Assembly (NCBI GenBank): GCA_963754945.1 | Contig: CAVWIG010000014.1 | Coordinates: forward strand, 1-64,000 | Direction: 5' to 3' | DNA from: Methanotrichaceae archaeon | GTDB taxonomy: Archaea > Halobacteriota > Methanosarcinia > Methanotrichales > Methanotrichaceae | Length of the DNA stretch: 64,000 nucleotides | Shown: one piece after another, positions 10,277 to 20,936 of the stretch | Layout: every line of letters begins with the position of its first letter | Position numbering within the stretch: the stretch's first letter is position 1 | The notes under the pieces: model-generated | What the model saw: only the letters and a program-made list of their open reading frames with translations | What the model was told of the DNA's origin: nothing | Databases searched by the model: none | Position numbers and translations under genes: made by a program

Positions 10277-10702
10277 CGAAAAAGGCTGAAGGTCGGGCGA
10301 AGATATTAGTGTTTCGCCGTTGTCCTCCAGCGCTCATATTTGAGTTGTCCAAGGACAGTTACCATTTATCAAAAAGATTTTTTTATCGAAGAGCTGACCT
10401 AGAGTGTCATTTTAACCAATTCATTTCTGAAATATCAAAGACTATTTTGAGCATTTGCCTGTACCAGAAATTCAAAGTCGCGTTATCCAGAAGAACCTTG
10501 TATCGCCGAGAAGAGAATCTCGTACTTGTGTTGTAATAAGGAGGGAGGCAAAAGTCTTTGGTGTAGGAGGGAGAAAATAGAATTGTCGACCTTTGCCTAT
10601 TACCTATACGCTCATTGCCGATATTTAAAACTTTCGCTTTCTAGGTTATGAGGACCGGATATCCGCATGGTTTTAAATTCTTTTGAGATCATAGAGGATA
10701 TA

Positions 10703-11209
10703 ATGAGCGATGAGGTTGATTCAAAATACGAGCTGGCCACTTTTGCTGCCGGTTGTTTCTGGGGCGTGGAATCGATTTTCAAACAGGTAGAGGGAGTTGT
10801 CGAAACAACGGTAGGATACACAGGCGGAATATATCCTAATCCAACCTATAGGGACGTATGCACAGGGATAACGGGCCACGCTGAGGCGGTAATGGTAAAA
10901 TACAACCCAACGATTGTGTCTTACGAAGAGTTGCTTAGGATATTCTGGAGAGCTCACAATCCGACTACGCCGAACCACCAGGGACCGGACGCAGGCACTC
11001 AATACCGATCTGCGATCTTCTACCACGACACAGCTCAGAAGTCGGCTGCAGAGAAGTCCAAAGAGGACTTTGACCGCTCAGGTGTCTATTCAGATAAAGC
11101 CGTAACGCAGATCGTTCCTGCATCGACCTTCTATGAAGCCGAAGATTATCACCAGGATTATTTCGAGAAACACGGTGGTCGGTCGTGCCACATTTTGAGG
11201 TCGAAATAA
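10703..11209 (+). CDS. msrA: Peptide-methionine (S)-S-oxide reductase
   Basis: GCFWG, GYTGG, GHAEAV, AEDYHQDY. Confidence 0.97.
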   Translation: MSDEVDSKYELATFAAGCFWGVESIFKQVEGVVETTVGYTGGIYPNPTYRDVCTGITGHAEAVMVKYNPTIVSYEELLRIFWRAHNPTTPNHQGPDAGTQYRSAIFYHDTAQKSAAEKSKEDFDRSGVYSDKAVTQIVPASTFYEAEDYHQDYFEKHGGRSCHILRSK

Positions 11210-11364
11210 CGGGAACAGCCAAATAGAATGATGATTGGCAGCTTCACTGATTGGATAACTTATGGATGCTTGATCCGTATTACTGATCCATAGAAGTGAT
11301 TCTACTCATCACTTAGAATACTTTTTTCATATGGCTATATATTAACTCAGGCCCTATTTACTTT

Positions 11365-11655
11365 TTGATGATGAGACAGATTGTACCGTCCTTACTTGCC
11401 GCTTTGATCTGCGTCACATTCGCACCTGTTAGCTATGCATCTGGGGTAGCAGAAAGCACAGAACTCTCAAAGTTAATCTCGCAGAGCGAGGATACCAACA
11501 TGACACCAAATGATCTCGCCTTCTTCCTCGCCACACACAACTACGATGCGACACCCAAGAACGGCTATGTCCAAGTTAAGATCGACAGTACAATCTACAA
11601 GGTCGTGCCCAACGGTTCACACCCCGGACTGGCCGACCTGTCAATTATCAATTAG
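11365..11655 (+). CDS. Small secreted protein, 'DLAFxLxTH' family
   Basis: Signal peptide; paralogous to 35896-36204 and to the N-terminal domain of 37802-38476. Confidence 0.8.
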   Translation: MMMRQIVPSLLAALICVTFAPVSYASGVAESTELSKLISQSEDTNMTPNDLAFFLATHNYDATPKNGYVQVKIDSTIYKVVPNGSHPGLADLSIIN

Positions 11656-11904
11656 CATCGAAAAACCTCCCGCCTGGGCCGTTAGTCTCATCGTCGATCC
11701 CTCCCCTTTTCACAATGGTCCAGGCGACCCTCCTCCTACATCGGCTCAAGTGAAGCAGAGTTGCGGTTTATCAGAGCCTTGGACACTCATCAATGGGGCT
11801 GGTGCCCTGTGGTAGACTTTAAGCTCTCTATTGAGCTATCAATTTGTCAATCTTCTGCCCATCCTTTATATCTGAGAATATCCTAGAGTCAAGCAGGTGG
11901 TGTA

Positions 11905-12339
11905 ATGGTCTCTTTCAAGGTGGATGCAGAGGTAAAAGGCTCGGAGGATCAGGAGAAATATCCGATAGTCGCTAAGGTAAAAGGCACAGGAAAGGATGGC
12001 AGCCTGAGCGTACAGGTTTCGGGAGAGAGTTCTGCGCCTATATCGGCAAAGATCTCAGGTGATAACAATAATCCTATTGCAGTGGCACCTATAACATTGG
12101 CGCCGATCACTGTTGTGCCAGACCTGAAGCTGGCGGCAGAGTCGGTCGACATTAATGGCCTTATATCATCGATATCCAAGCTGGCCGAAGGAATAAGAGT
12201 GAGCATTTCAAATCAGAACGGGCAGCCCGTAGCCGTGGCCCTTGGAAAGATACCAGTTGACCTGACCATCTCTGTTTACTCTCCTGCCCAGGAGCAGGTC
12301 TTCAAGGTAGAAATCAAGGGGACGGTGGGCGAGAAGTAG
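11905..12339 (+). CDS. Hypothetical protein (beta-rich, Val/Ile-rich)
   Basis: 144-aa ORF with a GGTG SD-like site; no family recognised. Confidence 0.7.
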   Translation: MVSFKVDAEVKGSEDQEKYPIVAKVKGTGKDGSLSVQVSGESSAPISAKISGDNNNPIAVAPITLAPITVVPDLKLAAESVDINGLISSISKLAEGIRVSISNQNGQPVAVALGKIPVDLTISVYSPAQEQVFKVEIKGTVGEK

Positions 12340-12637
12340 CCCATGGATACCTCCTTAAGGCCAGGACATTTAACAAATTAGGAATATTAGCATTAATATC
12401 ATTATAAGCATTAATATTATCATATTCCTTGTTATCATCCCATCTTAAACATCATCCGTGTCATCGTAATATCGTTGCAATTAACTGGTTCGCGATCGAC
12501 GACATCATTTATCATCCATATGGACAGCTCGACACCATCCCTAAATTTGGATCTCGAACATTCATATCCCGATCGACGCCTCGTTGACCCGAGTTTCGGC
12601 GCGAAATGTTTTTATCGCCTAAAGTGCGTCATCCACC

Positions 12638-13225
12638 ATGGGGAGATATCAATTGGAATTCAGATTCAAAATAATGGCTACGCTAGCGTTGAGCATCTTT
12701 TTAGCCGTCTGCTGCGCGCAGTCTCAGGGCTATGCTCAGAACGTTGGCGGGGATTATGGAAGAACATGGTTGAACAACTTCAACATCCAGGCCCCAAAGC
12801 CAGTCGTGAATAGTGGCAACGGCAACGATCTTTGGAACTGGGGAAGCGCTCCTAGAGGGAGAATTGCCGTTAATGGAAAATTAGTGCCGGATCCATATTA
12901 TTTCTGGAAGTCCCTTAACTATACCAGCGGTTGGCTGGGGCAGGTTTATGTGGATCCAAAAACAAATTACCCGATCTATGGCTTCTTGGATCCCAACACA
13001 GGATCTCCGGTCTATTTCTACGTAGATCCGAACACCGGACGACCGGTCTTCACCAATTCTGATCCTTATTCAGGATATCCATACTATCGCAGCGTTTCTC
13101 CTTACTACTCGCCAAATTTCGGAATGCCCGCATCGACCTATTATCCGTGGCTGGGAGCACCTACATTGCCGTACAGCAGCACGCCTAACTACGACTACTT
13201 GGGAAGGGGTCTGGGTTATGCTTAA
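12638..13225 (+). CDS. Secreted Tyr/Pro-rich protein, 'WxWG' family
   Basis: Signal peptide; GGDYGRTWLNNF...DLWNWGSAP; three 'DPxTxxP' repeats. Confidence 0.8.
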   Translation: MGRYQLEFRFKIMATLALSIFLAVCCAQSQGYAQNVGGDYGRTWLNNFNIQAPKPVVNSGNGNDLWNWGSAPRGRIAVNGKLVPDPYYFWKSLNYTSGWLGQVYVDPKTNYPIYGFLDPNTGSPVYFYVDPNTGRPVFTNSDPYSGYPYYRSVSPYYSPNFGMPASTYYPWLGAPTLPYSSTPNYDYLGRGLGYA

Positions 13226-13431
13226 GGCGATATGATTTTTCCTAATGTGGATCCAAACTGGATCCAACCTTTCTGAAAGATCGCTCTCTTCTGAAAGGAA
13301 GCTCATTATGCCGACTTTCTTTTCTATCTGATATTGCTCTATATTCAGTGTTTCGGGAGATCCATCTCGCATCTTAGAGCATCTCAAACTTTAGCGAAGC
13401 ACACTTAAGCCTGAACAGGAAAGATCCTCTG

Positions 13432-13746
13432 ATGAACAGCGTAAGACGACTGATAGTTATCTTATTCCTTCTATCGGGAATGGCCGCCCTGACATACAGC
13501 CAGGCCCCGGTTAAGCTAAATGGGTCTGAGGGAATGGCATTGCTTAACAGCTTGACTAAAGGTCCTCTGAACACGAACAACACCTCGCATAACAATACAT
13601 CGCTGAATGCGACCAATAGCTCGACAAAGTTGACAACGACCAGAGACTCCTCTGGCGACGACTTCAAGTCATGGGGAACCAGGCCCAAAGATCTGCCACT
13701 TGAGCGGGCTCAGTCTACGTACGATTATCTCAATGACACAGTTTAG
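13432..13746 (+). CDS. Small secreted Asn/Thr-rich protein, 'WxWG' family
   Basis: Signal peptide; GSEGMALLNSLT...KSWGTRP. Confidence 0.75.
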   Translation: MNSVRRLIVILFLLSGMAALTYSQAPVKLNGSEGMALLNSLTKGPLNTNNTSHNNTSLNATNSSTKLTTTRDSSGDDFKSWGTRPKDLPLERAQSTYDYLNDTV

Positions 13747-13960
13747 ATACAGGTACGCAATCACTATTGGGTGAGTCACTACAAAGATTTTTAATTTTCT
13801 CTTTTAGTGTAAAGATGGCAGAAACTGCCATCCTGGTCGTCGACAGCGATTGAGGAATCGGAAGCTGTCTGGTTGTGCCCTAAGAAGCATGCTGTCAATG
13901 CTTATATCCTTTCAAAATAATAGTTCTATAGCTTTTGGCAGCAATTCAGAGTGATGGAAA

Positions 13961-14353
13961 ATGGTAAACCAAAATCGTTACCAGCGTGGCTGGGAAAGAC
14001 TCAAGGAGATTGATGGTGAAGCAGGCGAACGGGTCATCGACAACTTGAAAGACATTGCGCCCGATTTTGCCCGCTACATTATCGAATTCCCGTTCGGGGA
14101 TATCTACTCACGGCCCGGCCTCGACCTCAAGTCCCGCGAGATTGCCGTGGTTGCAGCACTCACCGCACTCGGCAATGCGACTCCTCAGTTGATGGTTCAC
14201 ATTCATGGGTCATTGAACGTTGGCTGTACCCGGCAGGAAGTCGTCGAAGTGATCATGCAAATGGCAGTCTATGCCGGATTTCCCGCGGCACTTAATGGGT
14301 TGTTTGCAGCGAAAGAGGTCTTCAAAGAGCGTGATGCTTCGGGAAAAAGTTGA
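13961..14353 (+). CDS. Carboxymuconolactone decarboxylase family protein
   Basis: [34 protein letters not shown]. Confidence 0.93.
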   Translation: MVNQNRYQRGWERLKEIDGEAGERVIDNLKDIAPDFARYIIEFPFGDIYSRPGLDLKSREIAVVAALTALGNATPQLMVHIHGSLNVGCTRQEVVEVIMQMAVYAGFPAALNGLFAAKEVFKERDASGKS

Positions 14354-14471
14354 CCTGCTCATCATGCATTTCAAACAAGAGGGAAAATAGCGATGATGCT
14401 TCTCCGAGTTGCTCGAGATGAGGAGGGCAAATCAAGAGTTCCATCAATCAGATTACACGACAGAGTTCTGA

Positions 14472-15524
14472 ATGCGAGTAGTCATGCACGTCGATCTGGA
14501 TGCTTTCTTTCCCTCGGTAGAGGTTCGAGAGCATCCTGAACTTAAGAACAAGCCTGTGGTAGTCGGAGCCGATCCCAAAGAAGGCAAAGGTAGAGGCGTT
14601 GTTAGCAGTGCCTCCTACGAAGCCAGGAAATTCGGCATCAGATCAGCCTTGGCCATATCCAGGGCCTGGAAGCTATGTCCAGATTGCGTTTATCTCAGAC
14701 CTCACTTCGATCTCTATATCCCGGCATCCAATAGCGTAATGAAAATTCTAAGAAGTCATGCTGACAAATTTGAACAGGGCGGGATAGACGAAGCCTATCT
14801 TGACATATCAAGTCAGGTGAAGGATTTCGACGAAGCCAAAGAATTTGCCAAGCGTCTGATGGAGGAGGTGCTAGAGAAAGAAAGTCTGACATGCTCAATA
14901 GGTGTCGCTCCCAATAAAATGATTGCCAAGATAGCTTCTGATTTCAAGAAACCCTATGGTCTGACAGTAGTTAAAGAAGATGATGTCAAAGAGTTCCTAT
15001 TCCCGCTAAAGGCCGGAAAGATTCCTGGTGTAGGACCCAAGACTCAGCGCATTTTAAAGGAGCTAAATATCGAAACCGTTAGAGATCTGGCTTCCACAAA
15101 ACCAGAGATGCTGGCAAGACTCTTCGGGGTATGGGGTGCCAGGCTGCATGAATTCGCCAACGGAATCGACAACAATGAAGTCATAGAGGAATACGAAACA
15201 AAATCAGTAGGAAGAGATACTACATTCGAGAAGGATGTGGACGATGCAGAGCAAATACTTCAAGTCTTAGATGGATTGGCAGAGGAAGTTCATGAGGATG
15301 TGATTGCAAATGGTTTCAAGTTCAAGACGATTACGGTTAGAGTCAGATATCAGCATTTTGACACATACACTCGGTCCAAATCCTTGTTGTTTCCCACAAG
15401 TGACCTGGACATCCTCAAGAATAATGCCAAGCGACTAATTGCACTCTTTCTGCGAGACAAAAAGAAAGTCAGATTGATAGGGATTAGGGTATCTAATTTG
15501 ATTTCCCAGAACAAGTCTTCCTGA
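14472..15524 (+). CDS. dinB: DNA polymerase IV (Y family)
   Basis: HVDLDAFFPSVE, SASYEARKFGI, GIDEAYLD, AKIASDFKKP; little-finger domain. Confidence 0.96.
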   Translation: MRVVMHVDLDAFFPSVEVREHPELKNKPVVVGADPKEGKGRGVVSSASYEARKFGIRSALAISRAWKLCPDCVYLRPHFDLYIPASNSVMKILRSHADKFEQGGIDEAYLDISSQVKDFDEAKEFAKRLMEEVLEKESLTCSIGVAPNKMIAKIASDFKKPYGLTVVKEDDVKEFLFPLKAGKIPGVGPKTQRILKELNIETVRDLASTKPEMLARLFGVWGARLHEFANGIDNNEVIEEYETKSVGRDTTFEKDVDDAEQILQVLDGLAEEVHEDVIANGFKFKTITVRVRYQHFDTYTRSKSLLFPTSDLDILKNNAKRLIALFLRDKKKVRLIGIRVSNLISQNKSS

Positions 15525-15617
15525 TTCTCCAAGCCCTGGATTTATAGCATCCTTTCGGCCATAGAATTCATGGATATAATTTCGAAATTTCGATAATCAT
15601 ATTCAAAATTTAACTGT

Positions 15618-15648
15618 AAAATTGCGGTTAGATGTAAACCGCAATTTT
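15618..15648. terminator. Inverted repeat between convergent genes
   Basis: AAAATTGCGGTT-N7-AACCGCAATTTT. Confidence 0.55.
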
Positions 15649-15653
15649 CCTGG

Positions 15654-16529
15654 CTACACATTGATTATCTTCGTCCCACCCCGATCGAAGAACATAGTCT
15701 TCTGGTAATTGAACTGACCATTGAAGACCCTCACTTCATGGTTCTGGTTACCGATTACACTAAAGCTAAACTTTCCGTCAAGAGGATCTCCTCCCGTCCC
15801 CTCAGTTCCTATGTAATTTCCATCCAGGAATACCTGATATCCTTTCATGCTTTGGGATACTATTGAAACTTGAGAATCGCCTGTAGTCGAAATCGGAGTT
15901 GAGGCAGGTGAAAGATATATCCCTTGGGGATATGGATTCTGGTATGGCGGAACGTATGGTGGTGTGTATGATACCACATTTATTGCAACCGCATTGCTTA
16001 TCGAATAATCAATGGCGAAGAGCAGTATGTGCTGACCAACAGCATCCGCATAGAAGTTTATCAGATTGTAACCTGGGTAGAAGTAGTAGTAATTCTTGGT
16101 CAAGTGGCCATCGGGATATATTTCATAGAGATATCCGTTACCTCCCGCTGAAGAGATCGCTAGAAGCGATAAGCTTGAACCCTGGGGAACCGCCGCGTAT
16201 TGAGTCCAGCTCGTGGCTCCCTGAATCCAAAGGGAGTTTCCACCTGTGTACGTGGAATAAGTCTGGTATTGAGAATATGGAACTGCCTGTTGCTGATAAC
16301 CGAAATAAATCGATGTAGGCACTTTACCATTGATGTCATATTTTTCGGGAGCGACAATATGAGTTGTCGGAGCAGAGCCTTGTGGCATGCTGTAATATTG
16401 AGAATATTGTGAAAAGTCTACTTTGGACGTTGCCGATACCATCTGATCTGGTCCTTGGGCTTGGACTCCTGATACGCATGTCAATAATATCAATGCCAAC
16501 AGCATTGAAACTAAATGGTTTCTTCTCAT
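15654..16529 (-). CDS. Secreted Tyr/Gln-rich cell-surface protein with C-terminal PEGA-like domain
   Basis: Signal peptide MRRNHLVSMLLAL; SLWIQGATSWTQY; YQVFLDGNYIG. Confidence 0.8.
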   Translation of the reverse strand: MRRNHLVSMLLALILLTCVSGVQAQGPDQMVSATSKVDFSQYSQYYSMPQGSAPTTHIVAPEKYDINGKVPTSIYFGYQQQAVPYSQYQTYSTYTGGNSLWIQGATSWTQYAAVPQGSSLSLLAISSAGGNGYLYEIYPDGHLTKNYYYFYPGYNLINFYADAVGQHILLFAIDYSISNAVAINVVSYTPPYVPPYQNPYPQGIYLSPASTPISTTGDSQVSIVSQSMKGYQVFLDGNYIGTEGTGGDPLDGKFSFSVIGNQNHEVRVFNGQFNYQKTMFFDRGGTKIINV

Positions 16530-18930
16530 GGTATTCATCTCCTGAATTATGCGATTAAAATTCATTACTACTTATGACTCTATTGATTTATAGGTTTCGA
16601 ACGGCTAACGGCTTTATGAATTGCATTCTGAATCCGGAAGAGAGTCACAATGGGTTCTTCATCAACAGACCGCCAATCGAATTATTCCAGGTCACCTTCT
16701 CAAAGTTCAACCGTTCATCTTACCCTAAGTCAATAATCACAATCTCCAAGCGTCTTCGTCCCAATTCTTTGATGTAGACTTTTGAAACAGCAGTTGGAAG
16801 CGTTAGTCTCCTTTCTAAATCCTTTCCCAAGATTCCTTGTATCCCCAATCAAATCCATATCTTGTGATCATTCTTATTTCCCATTTCCATATTAATATCT
16901 GCAAAAATGCTGCTTTTAATATATCCAAAATTGTGACTTTTGATGAATTCATATTATTGATAATAGTCATGATAGTTATAAAAGGTTTATGCCATGTGTT
17001 GATGTTGGTCGTGCTTGATATGTCAAAACAGTATCATATATTAAATTATAATATTTCAATTGTTACTTTAAAAGACTGACCCTTTTCTGCATATTCAGCA
17101 GAATTCGCCAGATATCTCTATTACCCAAATATACGGCTAAATAAGGTTCAATATCCTTCTAAACCCATATCATTGGCTATCAATGACTCAAGCGAGAAAG
17201 TAGAAGAGCAGGGCATGATGTACTAATAGAATTTATAGGGTTGCCCTCTAACAATGCTGAAAAAGTAAAATCCCATCGCATGTAAAGTTTATGGACCTGG
17301 CTGGCAAGAGGAAATCCAATGCGATTCAACCGTAACAAGATACAAACTGTATGACCCTTGTTACAGAGGATAGAGACGTGCCAGGTATTCATCTTCATAT
17401 GTCACATCCCACCCGACCGCTTCCCTCAAATTCTATAAGACCACTGTCTTGAACAGACGGTGAGATTTATGAATGATATCCAGAAAAAGAATGTTTGCGA
17501 TATTCTGATTCTAGTGGCTCCGACTTTAGGAAGGCTCTCGACGTACGTTTCAGAGACCTTAAACTTGGGGAACTTACGCCTGAAGACCACCAGCTCCTCG
17601 ACAGACCATTGCCACAATTCAAGAGGGCATATGGACCAGTGATGAGTGATGAACACGGGTTTGATTACAAAAAATAGAAAGCAGATGTTTATGATGCATT
17701 GCTTGATGGGAGAAGAGTTGAAACCGGAGAACAAGAAGATTATGCGGGGAAAGTGAAGCTAGTATAGCGATTCCAAATTAACTTAGCAATGAATGGCCTT
17801 TGAAGCATGCTTTTTCATTGCACGTCAAATTTGGAAGCTATGCACTAGTGAACGTGATAGAGCAGTTATAGACTTACTTCGATTTGGCTGAGATGCATCC
17901 TCGACAAGGATGTAAACGAGTGAGTAGCATCGCAATTATCGGATATATCTGAGAGATGTATAGCTGGGATGGCTTCTCGGTGTTTATCCTCAAGGTGTCT
18001 CAGAGGGTATTACCAGAGGTGGATGAACACTTTCGCAACGCACAGATGATCCTTTTAAACTAGCTACTACTATGTACAGATTGGGCTGGGAGACAGTCTT
18101 ACCCCCATACTCTCTTCATGACTGACCCCGGCTATCCCTTCTAATTTTTGCTTCTTACTTTGGATGGCGAAGCTCGCTCGTATTCCAGAGGGTCTGCGGA
18201 CACTTTACGAAGCGTCTGTTGAACTTTTTTCCGTCTGGGGAAGAGCCTCCAGGCAGCACATCATTCCAGGTGATTTATGAGACCTCCCCTGGAGAGCAAG
18301 CATCCATACCTATCGCTGAAATGGTCGATGATCTAGTCCAAGATCTTGCCCTCCAATTGTAAGCCCAAGATCTCCAACGAGATGCTCTTCTGGGCGCAGC
18401 CGAAGTAGGGCGCGTTCATACAGGTGCAGCACAGAAATCATCGGTGAGTCAGTCATACCCTGAAGCCTTTCCTCGGTTCTGTACTTGAAACAGGTCTAGG
18501 AGGAAGCTAGTACAAAGTCCGCTGTAAGATAACATCCTCAGCAATGTGGAGATCCACCCGGCGAACCTCAGGTGCATATCTTTGAAGCTTCTTGGTTATG
18601 TCACCACAAGCGCTGGACTGCCCCTCTCTGGAATTCTTAGACCACGACAACGAACCTCTCTTACGGCAAAAATAGGTTGATGCAACCGATCTATGCCCTG
18701 ATGGGCTCAGTATCCTTGACCAGCCCCTCGGGGTAGCTTCTCCAAAGAATACTCCAGGCCATGGTTAAGTCTCGTGTGCGGTTTCAGCGTCTGCCTTCGT
18801 CCTTAAAGCCGGGATGGATACTGAAAGCAAGAAGAAACTTACTCGTCATTAACCTTATAAGAACTGACCATAGCATCGAAAAGGCTATATCTTCTGGTCG
18901 CTTCTCGGCGTGGAAGAGGAGGTCAGCCGG

Positions 18931-19467
18931 TTGAAGGAGATTCGGATACACGGTCGTGGAGGTCAGGGATCTGTTACCGCGGCCGAATTGATAGCCATTG
19001 CGGCCTTTGAGGACAAAAGGTTCTCCCAGGCTTTCCCAGCATTTGGCGTGGAGCGTAGGGGAGCTCCAGTGATGGCTTTTGTGAGGATAGCGGACAAGCC
19101 GATCAGAATAAGGAGCCAAGTCTACGAGCCCGACTACGTTGTTGTCCAGGACGTCAGCCTGCTGGATGTGGTCAACGTGGCAAGCGGCCTCAAGCCTGAT
19201 GGGAAGATAATAATCAACACGGACAAACCAAAGGACGATTTAAACCTCAAGACCGATGCCGAAGTAATAACCATCGACGCAACCAAGATCGCGATGGAGA
19301 CCCTCGGAAGGCCCATAGTCAACACCATCATGCTTGGAGCCTTCTGCAAAGCGACCAAGGAGGTCAGCCTGGAGAGCATAAACAAGGCCATCTCCGAGAG
19401 GTTCAAAGGGGATCTTGGGAAGAAGAACCTGCTGGCGATAAAGACAGCTTACGAGAGGGTGGCCTGA
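18931..19467 (+). CDS. porC: Pyruvate:ferredoxin oxidoreductase gamma subunit
   Basis: [21 protein letters not shown]; TTG start after a GGAGGT SD. Confidence 0.95.
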   Translation: MKEIRIHGRGGQGSVTAAELIAIAAFEDKRFSQAFPAFGVERRGAPVMAFVRIADKPIRIRSQVYEPDYVVVQDVSLLDVVNVASGLKPDGKIIINTDKPKDDLNLKTDAEVITIDATKIAMETLGRPIVNTIMLGAFCKATKEVSLESINKAISERFKGDLGKKNLLAIKTAYERVA

Positions 19468-19745
19468 TGTCGAAGGTTAAGGCGATTGAATTTGTAGAGC
19501 CGGGAAGCACCGCGCTCACCAAGACCGGAGCCTGGCGAACATTCGTTCCCAGGATTGATCAAAAGAAATGCATAAAATGCAGTCTCTGTGAGATCTACTG
19601 TCCGGAAAGCTCAGTGCATCAGGTTAAAGATCCCATCTCCGGCGACCTCATCTTCGATATCGACCTCAATTACTGCAAGGGATGCGGCATATGCGAACAC
19701 GAATGCCCACGCCATGCGATTAAATTGGAACTGGAGGAGAAGTAA
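19467..19745 (+). CDS. porD: Pyruvate:ferredoxin oxidoreductase delta subunit
   Basis: KTGAWRTFVP; two 4Fe-4S motifs (CIKCSLCEIYCP, CKGCGICEHECP). Confidence 0.95.
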   Translation: MSKVKAIEFVEPGSTALTKTGAWRTFVPRIDQKKCIKCSLCEIYCPESSVHQVKDPISGDLIFDIDLNYCKGCGICEHECPRHAIKLELEEK

Positions 19746-20923
19746 TGATGAAAGTGGTAGAAGGCTCCTATGCCGTGGCTCACGCTGCGATGTGCTGCTC
19801 GCCTGACGTGGTCTCAGCCTATCCCATAACGCCTCAAACTCACATAGTGGAGCACCTCTCCCAGATGGTGGCAGATGGCGAGCTAAGTGCTGAATTCCTG
19901 ACCGTCGACTCCGAGTTCTCTGCGTTGTCTGTCCTGGTCGGTGCCAGCGCCATGGGTGCCAGGTGCTACTCGTCAACCACGAGCCAAGGTCTGGCCCTGA
20001 TGTACGAGGTTCTGTACAACGTCTCGGGCCTACGAATGCCCATAGTAATGACGGTGGCCAATCGAGCTCTGGGCGCGCCCCTAAACATCTGGAACGACCA
20101 GCAAGACAGCATCGGAGCCCGCGATGTAGGCTGGCTCCAGCTCTACATGGAGAACGTTCAGGAGGCAGTGGACACCACCCCTCAAGCCTACAAGATAGCT
20201 GAGGACTTAGGCATTCTCACACCCATCATGGTCTGTATGGACGGTTTCATCCTGACCCATGTTTACGAGCCTGTGGAGCTTTTGGATAAAGAGAAAGTGG
20301 AAGGCTTCCTGCCCGCCTTCAAGCCAGAGTACGTGCTGGACCCGGCAAATCCAAAGACTATAGGAGCCTTTGCCGATCCCAGCACCTACACGGAGTTCCG
20401 GTATCTCCAGTTTGATGCCCAGCAAAAGGCACTGGCTAAGATAGAAGCAGTGGCCAAAGAGTTCCAGGAGACCTTTGGGAGGTCTTTCGGAGGCTTGATT
20501 GACACCTACCAAACGGAAGACGCCGAGATTGTCCTGGTGACTATGGGATCCGTAATCGGAACCATAAAGGACGCCATAGACGAGATGCGTTCTGAGGGCA
20601 AAAAGGTCGGGCTCGTCAAGGTTAGGAGCTACAGACCATTCCCTGTCCAGGCCCTGAGGAAGGCCCTGAAGGATGCTGGCGTGATTGCCGTCATTGAAAA
20701 GGATGTGTCCATCGGAAACGAAGCTGGTCTGGTTACCGACCTCAAGGCAGCTTTCTACAACAGCAAAATCCGGACGCCCATCATCGGCTTCACCGCGGGT
20801 TTGGGCGGACGGGACATAACCGTTAAGGACATCAGGAAGATCACAGAGAAGGCTTCCGCTGCAAGGAAAGGCATCGAGTCTGAGTTCGAATTCTTGAATC
20901 TGAGAACGGAGATCTTACCCTAA
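19745..20923 (+). CDS. porA: Pyruvate:ferredoxin oxidoreductase alpha subunit
   Basis: AYPITPQT, SEFSA, TTSQGL, GLGGRD. Confidence 0.96.
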   Translation: MMKVVEGSYAVAHAAMCCSPDVVSAYPITPQTHIVEHLSQMVADGELSAEFLTVDSEFSALSVLVGASAMGARCYSSTTSQGLALMYEVLYNVSGLRMPIVMTVANRALGAPLNIWNDQQDSIGARDVGWLQLYMENVQEAVDTTPQAYKIAEDLGILTPIMVCMDGFILTHVYEPVELLDKEKVEGFLPAFKPEYVLDPANPKTIGAFADPSTYTEFRYLQFDAQQKALAKIEAVAKEFQETFGRSFGGLIDTYQTEDAEIVLVTMGSVIGTIKDAIDEMRSEGKKVGLVKVRSYRPFPVQALRKALKDAGVIAVIEKDVSIGNEAGLVTDLKAAFYNSKIRTPIIGFTAGLGGRDITVKDIRKITEKASAARKGIESEFEFLNLRTEILP

Positions 20924-20936
20924 GGAGGATTCAAAA

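Noticed and set aside
11735-11800. Possible C/D-box sRNA on the minus strand (TGATGA-12 nt-CTGA)
   Set aside because: No convincing second C'/D pair; a chance match is plausible.
12380-12540. AGCATTAATAT direct repeat and CATC-rich tract as a mini-CRISPR or iteron
   Set aside because: Only two short copies in low-complexity sequence, with no regular spacers.
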